The translations under genes were made by a program, and so were the position numbers. The notes beneath the pieces are model-generated. The model was not told the origin of the DNA and did no database searches. It saw only the letters and a program-made list of their open reading frames with translations. From Mobula hypostoma (taxonomy: Eukaryota), in NCBI RefSeq assembly GCF_963921235.1, contig NC_086102.1, positions 54,374,001 to 54,438,000 on the forward strand: DNA of 64,000 nt, in the 5' to 3' direction. Of this stretch, positions 37,439-49,260 are shown piece by piece (positions within the stretch are counted from its first letter, which is position 1; every line of letters begins with the position of its first letter).

Positions 37439-37452
37439 CTAGACCTCCACAT
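37439..37452 (-). CDS. Candidate exon 5 (terminal coding part, (Y)VEV*) of the V-set receptor gene
   Basis: Acceptor ttctttacattgctgtgcag|AT GTG GAG GTC TAG; phase-1 compatible. Confidence 0.4.
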
Positions 37453-38156
37453 CTGCACAGCAATGTAAAGAATATCACGTTAAAATAAACGTTGAACGGC
37501 CTTGTGGTTTTTCCGCCCAAAAGATGTCTGTGGTTGAAATCTATGATGTGCTCTATATTTTCCAATATTACACAACAACCAATCGTATTATCAATAAACT
37601 GAAGTGACTATTACTACTAATTCATTACTGATGTACTTGCTAATAATATAAAATTTTGCAGAATCAAAATTAGAAACTTTTGCTTCAGTTTTCAAAGTCA
37701 CTAGTATCTCCAGTTATCTTTAATGGTTATTGGGATATGTTAAAATTTTGCTGGATTCTCAATGAAGTGATATTGGGTAGACACAACCAACAATGACATT
37801 CTCACACATCTACTAAAGTGGAAATGAAAAAAGACAATGCAGGAAACAGTAAGTAGGTCAGGCCGCACTTGGAAAAGAAAAACAGTATTACTATTACAGG
37901 TCAAAGACACTTCATTAAAACCTGAAGAGTTGATTGTTATCATCATTTTTTTACTTTCATTTCTAGCATTAGCATTTATTTGATCCTTGATTTTAAAGAC
38001 AGCACTGTTCAGTCATCCCAATGCAATCACACCTGTCCATCATCAAAATGATTTTGCTAACAGTTAAACAGTTATAACAGTTAAATATAATTTAAACATA
38101 ATTTCTTTCAATCAAATGCATTTATTGTTTTAATGTCACTTCTTCCACCTTATTTA

Positions 38157-38398
38157 CTGTTCTCCTAACATAGGAGGAAAATTTGTGGAAAAGTCCCCGG
38201 GAGATAACATCTCGATGTTTAAAAGAAAAAAATATGCTTCTATTTAGCACTTTTATCATATAATTGTTATTAAGACCCAAAAATTGACACAGAGAAAGCA
38301 GAGAATGCTAAGTAGAAGCATATTTGTTTCTTTTAAACATTGAGATGTTATCTCCTGGGGACTTTTCCAAAAATTTTCCACCCATGTTAGGAGAATAG
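38157..38398. mobile_element. Tc1/mariner-like MITE with 93-bp terminal inverted repeats
   Basis: Arms 38157-38249 and 38306-38398, roughly 90 percent complementary by eye; flanked by TA on both sides. Confidence 0.85.
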
Positions 38399-38461
38399 TA
38401 AAAAAAAAATCTCATGACCCAATTATTCACGTTTAGACCATATCAGGAAACCGCCTTTCAT

Positions 38462-38719
38462 GGCAGCACAGTAGTGTTGAGGTTAGTGTAATGCTATTGC
38501 ACCACCAGCAACGTGGGTTCAATTCCCACCGCTGTCTGTAAGGAGTTCCAACATTCTCCCTGTGACCATGTGGGTTTCCTCTGAGTGCTCCAGTTTCCTC
38601 CCACATTCCAAAGACCTACAGGTTAGAAGGTTAATTGGTCACGTGGGTGTAATTGGGTGGTTTGGCCTGTTGGGCTGGAAGGGCCTGTTTACTGTGCTGT
38701 TTCTCTAAGTAAATAAAAA
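38462..38719 (+). mobile_element. V-SINE (HE1-like) with tRNA head and CR1 tail
   Basis: B box GGTTCAATTCC (38516-38526); V-domain GTGGGTTTCCTCTGAGTGCTCCAGTTTCCTCCCACA; CR1-like tail GGGCCTGTTTACTGTGCTGT. Confidence 0.85.
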
Positions 38720-38897
38720 TCTTCGTTGGTACATCATCAAACTAATTATAACCGACTGCTTGGGAATAAAGTGCAAAGTATGGTCTTAGGGTTAAACTGG
38801 TTATATTAAGGCAGAAATTATATTACTAATTTGCAGATCATTTATTTAACTTAACTCAAAATTTGAACATCAGAGTGTAGTTGTTATTAATTCTTAC

Positions 38898-38939
38898 AAG
38901 ATAATGGAACTGGGCTTTTCTCCTCGACTATTTCATCAT
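38898..38939 (-). CDS. Candidate exon 4 (cytoplasmic, DDEIVEEKSPVPLS) of the V-set receptor gene
   Basis: 42-nt phase 1-1 exon, open in the expected frame, donor T|GTAAGA; acceptor ctaacag has a weak pyrimidine tract. Confidence 0.4.
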
Positions 38940-39039
38940 CTGTTAGATGCACTGCCTTGCCAGTTCACTTCAAGGGTCACTGAAGTAAAACTAAATTCAT
39001 AATATTTGGAAACCGTGTACCAAACTCATATAGTAAACT

Positions 39040-39983
39040 TAGAATAAATTATGTTGAAATTGATAAGGTATCTGAAACAAAATATTTAGGAGTGGTAATA
39101 GATAATAAATTAACCTGGAAACCACATATAAATTATGCCAAAGCAAAAATGTCAGAATCTAATGCAATACTGTACAAAGTGCAAGATTTCTTAAATCAGG
39201 AATCTTTGTACACATTATACTGTTCACTTATAGTCCCATACATGACTTATTGTGTAGAGGTATGGGGAAATACATAAAAAATAAATACAAACTCAATTTT
39301 TCTACTCCAAAAGAAAGTCATATGAGTTGTAAATAAGACAAGTTATTATGAGCCAACCAATCCACTACTTATTCAACTAAACACTTTAAAATTCAGAGAT
39401 TTTGTAGATTTTAAAATAATACAGATTATGTATAAAGTAAAAAATGGACAGCTACCACAATGTATCCAAAGGTTGTTTAAAATGAGAGAAAGTCAACATG
39501 ATTTGAGAGGAACATGTATATTTCAAAAACAAAGGATAAGAACAAATGTAAAAAATCATTGTTTTTCAGTCAGAGGGGTGAATCTATGGAATAATTTTAG
39601 TGAGAATTTAAAAACATGCACCACACTTAAGAAGTTTAAAAAATTATTTTAAAATAATTAAATGAACAAATATAAAATACATGATTTAAAATGAATAGGA
39701 GTAATGTAAATAAATGATACTTGGAATTGGATTTTGTGTTAAAAGATTACGAATATTTTTGTTTTGATGTGATAATTGATGCCAAATATGTTGTTGTATA
39801 AGTAAGAGGGGTAGGCGTAAAAAGCTGTAGCTTCAGCCTACACCCGAAACCTTTCGGTCTGTTTTAAAGAATATCTATGTTTTTTTGTTGTAATTTTGTC
39901 CTGTGAAATCATTGTTGAAAATGATGCTTTTTGTTATATTTGTATTGACTGAAATAAAATTCATTCATCCATTCATTCATTCA
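39040..39983 (+). mobile_element. L2/Crack-type LINE 3' fragment
   Basis: FLGVVIDNKLTWKPHI, LYCSLIVPYMTYCVEVWGNT, GVNLWNNF; AATAAA plus (ATTC)n tail. Confidence 0.75.
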
Positions 39984-40261
39984 AGGGCCAGTTAAGGGCC
40001 TACCCTGGAATTCTTACAGACCGGATATGAATAACAGGATAATTTCAGTGAAGGACATTAGCGAACTTGATGAATGTTTACAGAAATCTACCACTAGAAT
40101 GTGTTTCACTGATATCAATTTTTTTGCATTTCTATTTTATTTTTTAAATTTGGATGTAGTTGATCCTTTATTATCTATGTATTGCTGAATCTCTAGTTTG
40201 TATTTAGTATAGAATCAATCTTTCTCTTAATAACAGAGCAACATAGCTTTTCTTATTTTAC

Positions 40262-40381
40262 CTTGCTTGCTTGACCTTGTCTTACAACACTTCACAACAG
40301 CCCATGCTAAAATGATGATCAGCAGTCCTATTGCCATTCCAGCAAGTATGCCGATGAAAGTACAATTTGCCGAAGTGCGAC
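40262..40381 (-). CDS. Exon 3 (stalk, transmembrane, juxtamembrane) of the V-set receptor gene
   Basis: Acceptor ttatcttctttcgtag, donor G|GTAAAA, 120 nt, phase 1-1; (S)RTSANCT-FIGILAGMAIGLLIIILAWAVV-KCCKTRSSKQ. Confidence 0.8.
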
Positions 40382-40661
40382 CTACGAAAGAAGATAATTG
40401 ATGAAAAATTTTGATTAAAATACATTGTATCAATAAAAAGCTCATTCAAGAGATTAAATACAGCTCTGGCAATCTGACACTCTCAATTTTGGTTGCATTG
40501 GATTGGCAGACTTTCTGGACTATTGGAAGTTAGATCAAAATCAGAAACATTGATGCATGTTGTGAAATTTGTTGTTTGTGGCAGCAGTACCATGCAAGAC
40601 ATTAAAAAGTTACTATAAGTTGCAATAAAAAGTAAAACAAATAACTAGTTCAAAAGGGGAA

Positions 40662-41482
40662 TGTTGTTGTTCGTCCTTCGTAGTCGAAGATGACCATGGC
40701 TTCAAAGTCAAACGGGAGATTGGTGGCTGTGGGTCCGGAGGTGACTGATGAGGCCAATCCGGGCCCTGAAGGCTCGCCCACATGTGGGACACTAGTGGGT
40801 GGGTGCTGTCGTGGCAGTGGATGCTGCTCGGGCCTTGCGCACAGCACGCTTTCATTGCGCCTCGATGATGCGCCTGACTTCAGCTGCACGGGCTCCTGTG
40901 GTGATCTTGCTGCGCCAAGCTGGACGGTCGAGGGCAGGCGTCTCCCACGAGTTGATGTCGACACCCAGGCCTTTGAGGGACGCTTTCAGGCAGTCTTTGT
41001 AACGTTTCTTCTGCCCCCCGACTGAGCGCTTGCCCTGACACAGTTCTCCGTACAGCAGCTGCTTAGGCAATCGGCTGTCTGGCATTCTGACCGCATGTCC
41101 AGCCCAGCTGGCTTGGGCTTTCAGCAGGAGGGTGTAGACGCTGCAGAGCCCAGCTCGTTCCAGGATTTCCGTGTCGGGGACTTTGTCCTGCCACCTGATG
41201 TGGAGGAGTCTGCGGAGACAGCTCAAGTGAAAATGGATGAGCTGTTTGGCGTGTCTGCTGTAGACAGTCCAGGTCTCGCTGGCGTAAAGGAGGGTGATAA
41301 GGACCGTAGACCTTCAGCTTGGTGGTAAGGCTGAGTCCTCCCCGCTCCCAGACGTTCTCACGGAGTCTCCCAAAGGCGGTGCTGGCTTTGGCAATCCTGT
41401 TGTTGACTTCAGCGTCTATGTTCACTGCGCGAGAGAGTATGCTGCCCAGGTAGGTGAAAAAGGGGAATAACTTTGTGTTCAT
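40662..41482 (-). mobile_element. RTE/BovB-clade LINE 3' fragment
   Basis: FTYLGSILSR...RIAKASTAFGRL; WAGHAVRMPDSRLPKQLLYGEL...GGQKKRYKD; (CAA)n tail. Confidence 0.9.
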
Positions 41483-41829
41483 GAGTTTGTGGACTGTTCA
41501 GAGACCTGATTGACATTCCCATTAACACCCCAATATACTTTATTCACATTGTTTAGCTGTTACATGGTAGTATAATACATTTTCCAGTGAATTTTTGAGT
41601 TTCTAGGGAGCATGGGAAACTGAGTGGTAGTTCAATGGGAGCACAGGAGATAGGATACTGGTAGATTTAAAGGAATCATGGGAAATGGGTCCCTGGGTAA
41701 ATTTAAAGGAAGTGTGTGAAACAGCAGGTTATTGGAGTTCTACTCTAACACAATAGCATGGAGCATTGCACAGGTGTGGTAGAATACCCACAATATCTCT
41801 CCAAATTCCTCTCCCAGTTGAAGATGAAG

Positions 41830-44800
41830 AGAGATTTTACAGAGCTAGGTAGAAAGCAGGACCTCCTGGGTAGTAATCTCTGAATTGCTGCCTGTGTCAT
41901 GCACCAGTGAGGGTAATAATAGGACGATTTGGCAGATGAATGTGTGGCTGAGGTAATAGTGCAGAGGCAGAGGTTCAGGTTTCTGGGTCATTGGGAAGGT
42001 ATAAGCTGTCAAAAGGGATGGGTTACACCTGAACCTGAGGGGGATTAATGTCCTTTCAGGAGGATTTAAACTAATTTGACAGGGGATAGGAACCAGGGTA
42101 ATAGGGCTGAGGATGGGGTGGTTGGTTTACTAACAGAGGCGGTATGTAGTGAGACTGCTCGGTAGGACAGGTTGATGATAGGGCAAAATTGCAATAGATG
42201 GGATGAGTTGCAATGTAAAAGTGTGACAAAATCAAAAAGGGTGTTGAATACAGGACTGAAGGTGTTATATTTGAATGCATGCTATATACAGAATAAGGTA
42301 GATGAACTTCCAGCACAGTTATAGATTGAAGTGTATGACATTGTGGGCATTACTGAATTGTGGCTGAAAGAAGATTATAGCTGGGAGCTTAAAGTCCAAG
42401 GATACACAATGTACTGAAAGGATAGACAGGTAGGCAGAGGGGGTGGTGTGGCTCAGATGATTAAAAAAATAGAAATCAAATCGTTAGAAAGAAGTGACAT
42501 AGGATCAGAAAGTGTAGAATCATTGTGAGTAGAGTTAAGAATCTGCAAAGGTAAACAGAACCTGATGGAAGTTATACACAGACAACCAAACAGTAGCAAA
42601 TATGTGGTCTACAAGTTACAATGGGAGATAGAAAATGCATGTCAAAAGAGCAATGTTACAATAGTCATGGGGGATTTCAATATGCAGGTAAATTGAAGAT
42701 ATCAGGTCGATGCTGGATCCTAAGAGGGGTGACTTGTTGAATGCCTACAAGGCGGCTTTTCAGAGCAGCTCATGGTTCATCCCACTTGGGGACCAGCTGT
42801 TCTGGATTGGGCATTGTGCTATGAACCAGAATTCATTAGCGTGCTTAAGGTAAAGGAACCCTTAGGAGACAGTGATCATAATATGATAGAATTCACCCTG
42901 CAATTTAAGAAGGAGAAGCTAAAGTCAGATGTATCAGAATTAAAGTGGAGTAAAGGGAATTACAAAGGCATGTGAGAGGAGCTGGCCAAAATTGATTGGA
43001 AGGGAACACTAACAGGGATGATGGCAGAGCAGCAATGGCTGGAATTTCTGGGAGCAATTCAAAAGGCACAAGATGGATACATCCCAAAGAAAGAAGTATT
43101 CTGTAGGCACAATGACGCATCCATGGCCGACAAGAGAAGTCAAAGCTATCATAAAAGCCAAAGAGAGAGCATGACATAGAGCAAAAATTAGTCAGAAGTT
43201 TGAGGATTGGGAAACTATTAAAAACAACAGAAGGCAACTAAGAAAGTCATAAAGAAGGTAAAGATGAAATACAATGGCAAGCTAGCCAACAAAATTAAGG
43301 GGAAAACCAAAGGCTTCTTCAGATACAGTACATAAAGTGTAAAAGAGAGGTGAGAGTAGTTATCAACTTCTGAAAAATTATGCTGGAGAGGTAGTAAAGG
43401 AGGAGAAGGAAATTAAAGATAAACTGAATAAGTATTTTGCATCAGTCTTCTCTTTTGAAGACACAAGCAGTATGCTGGAAGTGCGAGAGTGTCAGGGGAG
43501 GCAGAGATGAGTGAAGTTGCCATTACTAGGAAGAAGGTGCTTGGGAAACTGGAAGTTCTGAAATTTGGTAAGTCTTTTGGACCAGATGGTCTACATCCCA
43601 GGGTTCAGAAGACGAGGCTAAAGAGATCATGAAGGCATTAGTAATAATCTTTCAAGAATCTCTAAATTCTGGCATGGTTCCAGAGGACTGGAAAATTACA
43701 ATTGTCATTCCACTCTTCAAGGAGGGAGAGAGGCAGAAGAAAGGAAATTATAGGCCAGTTAGTCTGATCTCAGTGGCTGGAAAGTTATTGGAGTCTATTG
43801 TTAAGGATGTGGTTTCAGGGTATATGAAAGCACATGCTAAAATAGGCTGAAGTCAGCATGGTTTCCTAAGAGAAAATATTGCCGGAAAGATCTATCTGAA
43901 TTCTTTGAAGAAATGACAAGCAGGATAGACAAAGGATGTTGTGGACCTGGATTTTCAGAAGCCCTTTGACAAAATGTAACACAAGAGGCTGCTTAACAAG
44001 TTAAAAAGCTATGGCATTATAGGAAAGATACTAGCATGAACAGAACATTGGCTGATGGGCAGGAGGCAAAGTTTGAGAATAAAGGGAACCTTTTCTGGAT
44101 GGCTGATAGTGACTAGAGGTATTCCACAGTGGTCCGTGTTGGGACCACTTCTTTTCACATTATATGTCCATGGTTTGGGTGATGGAATTGATGGCTTGGT
44201 GGCCAAGTTTGTGGACAATAGAAAGATAGGTGGAGGGACAGTTAGAATTGAGGAAGCAGAGAGACTACAGAAGGACTTAGATTAGGAGAATGGGCAAAGA
44301 AGTGGCAGATGGAGTGTACTGCCGTGCACTTTGGCATCTGAGGTGCAAAGGGACTTGGGAGTCTTCACGCAAGATTCCCTAAAGATTAGGAAGATCAAAC
44401 ATGCAGATTGAGTCAGTGGTGAGGAAGGCATATGGAATGTTAGCATTCACTTTAAGAGGACTAGAATATAAAAGTGAGGATGTAATGTTGAGGTTTTATA
44501 AAGGACTGATGAGGCTTGACTTGGAGTATTGTGAGCAGTTTTGGGCCCATTATCTAAGAAAAGATGTGCTGACATTGGAGAGGGTTTAAAGAAAGTTCAC
44601 AAAATGATTCTGGGCTTATCATATGAGGAGTGCTTGATGGCTCTGGGCCTTTACTCAGTAGAGTTCTGTAGAATGAGTGAGGATCTCGTTGAAACCTATC
44701 ATTCTTACCTTTGGTCCCATTGTTCTTGAGATGGTGGCTTAGGTTGAACTTTGCTTCTGTGCTCCATTCTTTATCTTCTGTCTTCATTCCCCCAAAACCA

Positions 44801-45980
44801 ACACCTCCTTTGAGAAGTTAATGAGAAACATGGATAGGCATCATATTATTCATGTAGATTTTCAGGAATTGCATTTTAAGGTGAGTGTGTGAAAATTCAA
44901 AGGAGGTGTGCTCATCGTCACATTCTTCAGTGAGCAGCCGGACGTTGTGGTCCACTTCAATACCAATGACATAGGTAGGAAGGGTGATGAGGTCCTGTAA
45001 AGTGATTTCAGGGAGTTATGTGCTGAGTGAAATGGTAGGACTTCAAGAGTTGTGATCTCAGGATTGCTATCCATGCCGTGTGCTAGGGAGGTCAGAAATA
45101 GGATGATCACTGGAGATGATGCAGGAGGGAGGGCTTCAGATTTTTGGATCATCGGGCACTCTTCCAGGGAAGGTGGGAAAAATGGTAGATGGAATTTAAA
45201 TTAGACAAGTGTGAAGTAATTTGGGAAGAAAAACCAGGGTAGGACCAGGGTACCACAGTAGGTGGTAGGGCACTGAGGAGTGCGGTAGAACAAAGGGGTC
45301 TGGGAATACTGATCCATAATTCTTTGAAAATAGGGTAGGTAGGGTCATAAAGAAATTTCTTGGCATGTTGACTTTCATAAATCAGATTGCTGAGTACAGG
45401 AGATGGGATGTTATGTTGAAGTTGTATAAGACATTGGTGAGGCCCAGTTTGGAGTATTGTGTGCAGTATTGGTCACCTACCTACAGGAAAGATTGAAAGA
45501 GTGCAGAGAAAATTTAGAAAGCTGTTGCCAGGACTTGAGGACCTCAGTTATAAGGAAAGGTTGAATAGGTTAGAACTTTATTCCCTAGGGTGTAAAAGAA
45601 TGAGAAGAGATTTGATACAGATATGCAAAATTTTGAGGGGTATAGATAGGGTAACTGAAAGCAGATTGGGTGTGCTTGGGTGCAGCTGGGTGAGACTAGA
45701 ATTTGAGGTAATGGGTTAAAGGTGAAAGGTGAAATGTTTAAAGAGAACATGAGGGGGAGCTCCTACACTCAGAGGGTAGTGACAGTGTGGAATAAGCTGC
45801 CAGTGGAATTGGTGGACGTGAGTTTGATTTCAACATTTAAGAGTAATTTGGATAGGTACTTGGATGGGAGAGGTATCGAGGGCAATGATCTAGGCTGATA
45901 TGACTCAGCAAAGTAATAGTTCGGCATGGACTAGATATGCCAAAGAGTCTATTTCTGTGCTGGAGTGCTCTATGAATCTA
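41830..45980 (+). mobile_element. Long decayed CR1 (ORF1 end plus ORF2) followed by a second CR1 remnant
   Basis: DGLHLN esterase end at about 42020; EN ITELWL; EDWKITIVIPLFK; KFVDN; second esterase piece VVVHFNTNDIG at about 44945. Confidence 0.8.
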
Positions 45981-47984
45981 TGTGCAGGGAAGTTTATCGT
46001 TATCCAGAGTGGCGGGTTGCTGGAAAATGCTGCCCAGAGTGATGGTAGAGGCAGAGAAAAGAGGGACATGGATCATGAGCAGAAAAGATTAGTTTAATTC
46101 AGTAACTTTAGCTTAATTAGTTTAGCGCAACATTGTGTGAAAGCCCTTTTTCTGTGTTCTAATTAGGATGTGGTCGTATGTTGAGCATGATTAGTTATTA
46201 TCCCGCATCTTTGCTACCTGCTCCAGAACAGTGGAGAAACTCTGCATGACGGGGTGGGGAACACTAATGAGAAAACTTGCAAAGCCCTGCAAGATATGGT
46301 TAGGAAGATGAGTCAGGTTTGGAGCTTGGTGTGACTCATCGCTGGGCTACACTACCTGTTTCCCAGGGACTAATCCTATCAGATGTGACAGTTGATGTAC
46401 ACAGGCCAACCGCGAAGGAAGTCATTCAAGCAGGCCAGGCATGTTTTGGGTTATACTTACTGTTATTTGGAATTTCATAAAAGAGAAGTACAAGGTATGT
46501 TTTACCCATGGATCAGCACTTTTTATTATTCATGTTGCGACACAGAAGTACTGACTGCACTGGTCAGTGCAAGTGACGTGCTACTCTGCAGTAGCATCCA
46601 GTGCTGAGTCAGGGGAGCTCCAGGTCAGCCTGAAAATAGGGATCATATCTGACACAAACCCTTTCAGTTGTAGTGCTGGGCCTGGAATGCACCTGAACAT
46701 TACTGTATGCTGGAACAAATCTAAAGTAAAATACTATGAGTGTCACCTCGGCCAATTAATTCCACTGAGACCCCCCAAGAAATAGTCGGCAAAAAACAAC
46801 TTGAAAAGGAAATACAGATGAAATGCAAGCTAAGGTGTGTTGAGGAAAGATTATTTAAAATAATGATTTCAGAATGGAATAATTATTGAGACTTATAGAC
46901 GAATCAATGTGCACAAGCTTGATGTTCAAAAGCATAGGGTAATGTATAGAAGGCATGCTCTAACTATTGATGTCGCTGCTCCCAGGAGGGTCTACTTTTA
47001 ACCTGCATGAGTACAGAAGAAATAAAATGAATATTCTATGTGACATCAGGAGTTTCCTCTGCTGCTCCTTAAAATCATGGCAGATCACATATATCATCCC
47101 ATGTTCTGCCCACTTCCCATCTTGCCTGATTCTATTACCGTCCAGAAATTCTTCAGTCTCAAGTTTTAACTAGATATATGTTCTGGGCTTCCACAGCCTT
47201 TGAAGAGGGTATTGCAAAGATTTATAATTTCTCATACCCAAATTGCTAACCTCTTATCACAGCATAGATATGTACAGCACAGAAATAGCCCTCTGGTTTT
47301 CATGTCAATGCTGATATTTTTCCATGTCAACACATTTGCCCACAATAGGCTTGAATCTTTTGATGCCTTGCATATTTAATTACCTGCCTAAATATCACTT
47401 AAATGTAGTGATTATATCTGATTCCACCACTTTCCCTGGCAGCACCTTCCAAATCTGCATGCTGTAACAAAAAAGACGCCCTTCTCAAATCCCCTTTAAC
47501 ACCCCTTCCCCTCACCTGAAAGCTATGTCCTCTTGTTATTGTCTACTACTGTGGGGAAGATAACTTAACTATCTATCCTATCCATGTCTCTTGTAAATGT
47601 ATTCCTTTATCAGATCATCTCCACAGCATCATTTCTGCAAGAAAAATGGGTCCAGTCTATCAAATAGTTCCACATAACTAAAGTCCTCTTGACCTAGGCA
47701 GCTTCCTAGTGAATTTCTTTCATGCTCTCTCCATAGCAACCACATCCTTCTTATACTGTAGCAACCAGAACTGCACATGGTGCTGCAGTGCAGTCTAACA
47801 GCGTTTAGTCAAGTTGCACAAATTCTGAGACTATGCTCCTTAGTTCTAGACTTTCTGGTCCAAGGAAACAGCCTCTCAGAAGTTATCCTTATCCTGCCCC
47901 CAGGTCAATGAGGACACCTTTCATTTTTCTAAACTCCAGGACAGCGGTCCTTCCTACTCACCGTGTCCTTGTTGGGCAAACCAT

Positions 47985-48600
47985 AAATACAAGAGATTCT
48001 GCAGATGCCAAAAATCTTAAGCAACACACAAAAATGTTGGTTGAACCCAGGAAGTCAGGCAGCAGATATGACAGAATGAATAGTCAGCGTTTCAAGATGC
48101 GAAAGGAAATGAGCATGCACCAGAATAAGAAGGTGGGGGAGATGAAGGATTATGGGCTGTCAGGTGATAGGTGAGACCAGGTGAGGGGAAAAGTGGGTGC
48201 GTGGTTGAGAAGGGTGAGAAGCTGCAAGGTGATTGGTGGAAGAGGTAATGGGCTAAAGAGGAAGGAATTTAATAGGAGAGAACAGTGGACCATCGAAGAG
48301 GGAGATCAGATGTTGTGATGGGCAGGTAGGACGGGAGAAGAGGAGAAAGGGTAACTAAATGGGGAATCAGAATGAGGAAAGGGAAGGAGAGAAGTGGGGA
48401 GGGTGGAGAAATTACAGGAAATTAGAGAAATCAATGTTCATGCCCTCAGTTTGGAGGCTACCCAGGCAGAATATGAGGTGTTGTCCCTCTTACCTGAGAG
48501 TGGCTTCATTGTGGCAGCAGAGAAGGCCATGGACAGACATGATTGATCAGAAGTGGGAAGTCCAATTGAATGGGCAGCCAATGAGAGATCCTGTCTCTTC
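47985..48600 (-). mobile_element. Old Penelope-like element 3' fragment
   Basis: Homologous to 62775-63348 (GIY-YIG C-terminus at about 48430-48580 plus 3'UTR). Confidence 0.7.
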
Positions 48601-49260
48601 CACTTATCCCCTCCCAACTTCTTAATTCATTCCCCCTCCCCCCAGCCACCTATCTTCCCCTCATCTATCACCTGACATCTTGTACTCCTTCCCCTTATTG
48701 AAGAAACCGTTCATCCCAGTGAGCAATCTAGCTTTATTTTGATTCCAAAGCAGGTATATCCTCTTTTATCAATGGAGACCTAAACTCCCAGCAAAACAGA
48801 TGCAGCTTCTACAATTGTAGCAAGGCTTTTGCAATTTTATATTCAATTTCCCTTGCAACAAATACCAGCTTACCATGTGCCTTCTGCACAGCAGGGACTC
48901 TCTCTGCTGCTCATGTGCCATCATGTCCAGATCCCTTTATGCACCAACACCTGCTAATTTCTCACTGGTCAAAACATTGCTTGTCTATTTTTCACGCTGA
49001 AGTGAACAACTTCACATTGTTTATTTAGCTGTCACCTTCTTGCCTCTTTGCTTAAGTGTCGGTACCTTTGAATACTTCTTACAACTGTCCCCCACACCCC
49101 CCCCCAGCAAATCAAAGCGTTACAACACAGGTAATCTGACATTTCAAATGTGCAGCTCTGATGTCAGATTCAACTAGTTTTCTTGATTTTGTGTGCTCCC
49201 CAATACCCCTTCAGTTTGTCACTAATCTTTACCACCACCTTTAACCTAGCGCCACTATCA

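Noticed and set aside
37319-37452. Phase-0 reading MWRSSNDPT...SYREYEITHSINF* with tyrosines
   Set aside because: It needs a phase-0 junction, but every supported upstream exon ends in phase 1; more likely 3'UTR
37805-37815. Acceptor ttcatttccactttag giving KQVDV*/KQDV*
   Set aside because: The pyrimidine tract derives from an adjacent Penelope-like repeat remnant; no independent support
38462-38530. tRNA-like sequences (also 30083-30145)
   Set aside because: SINE heads with degenerate A/B boxes and no complete cloverleaf
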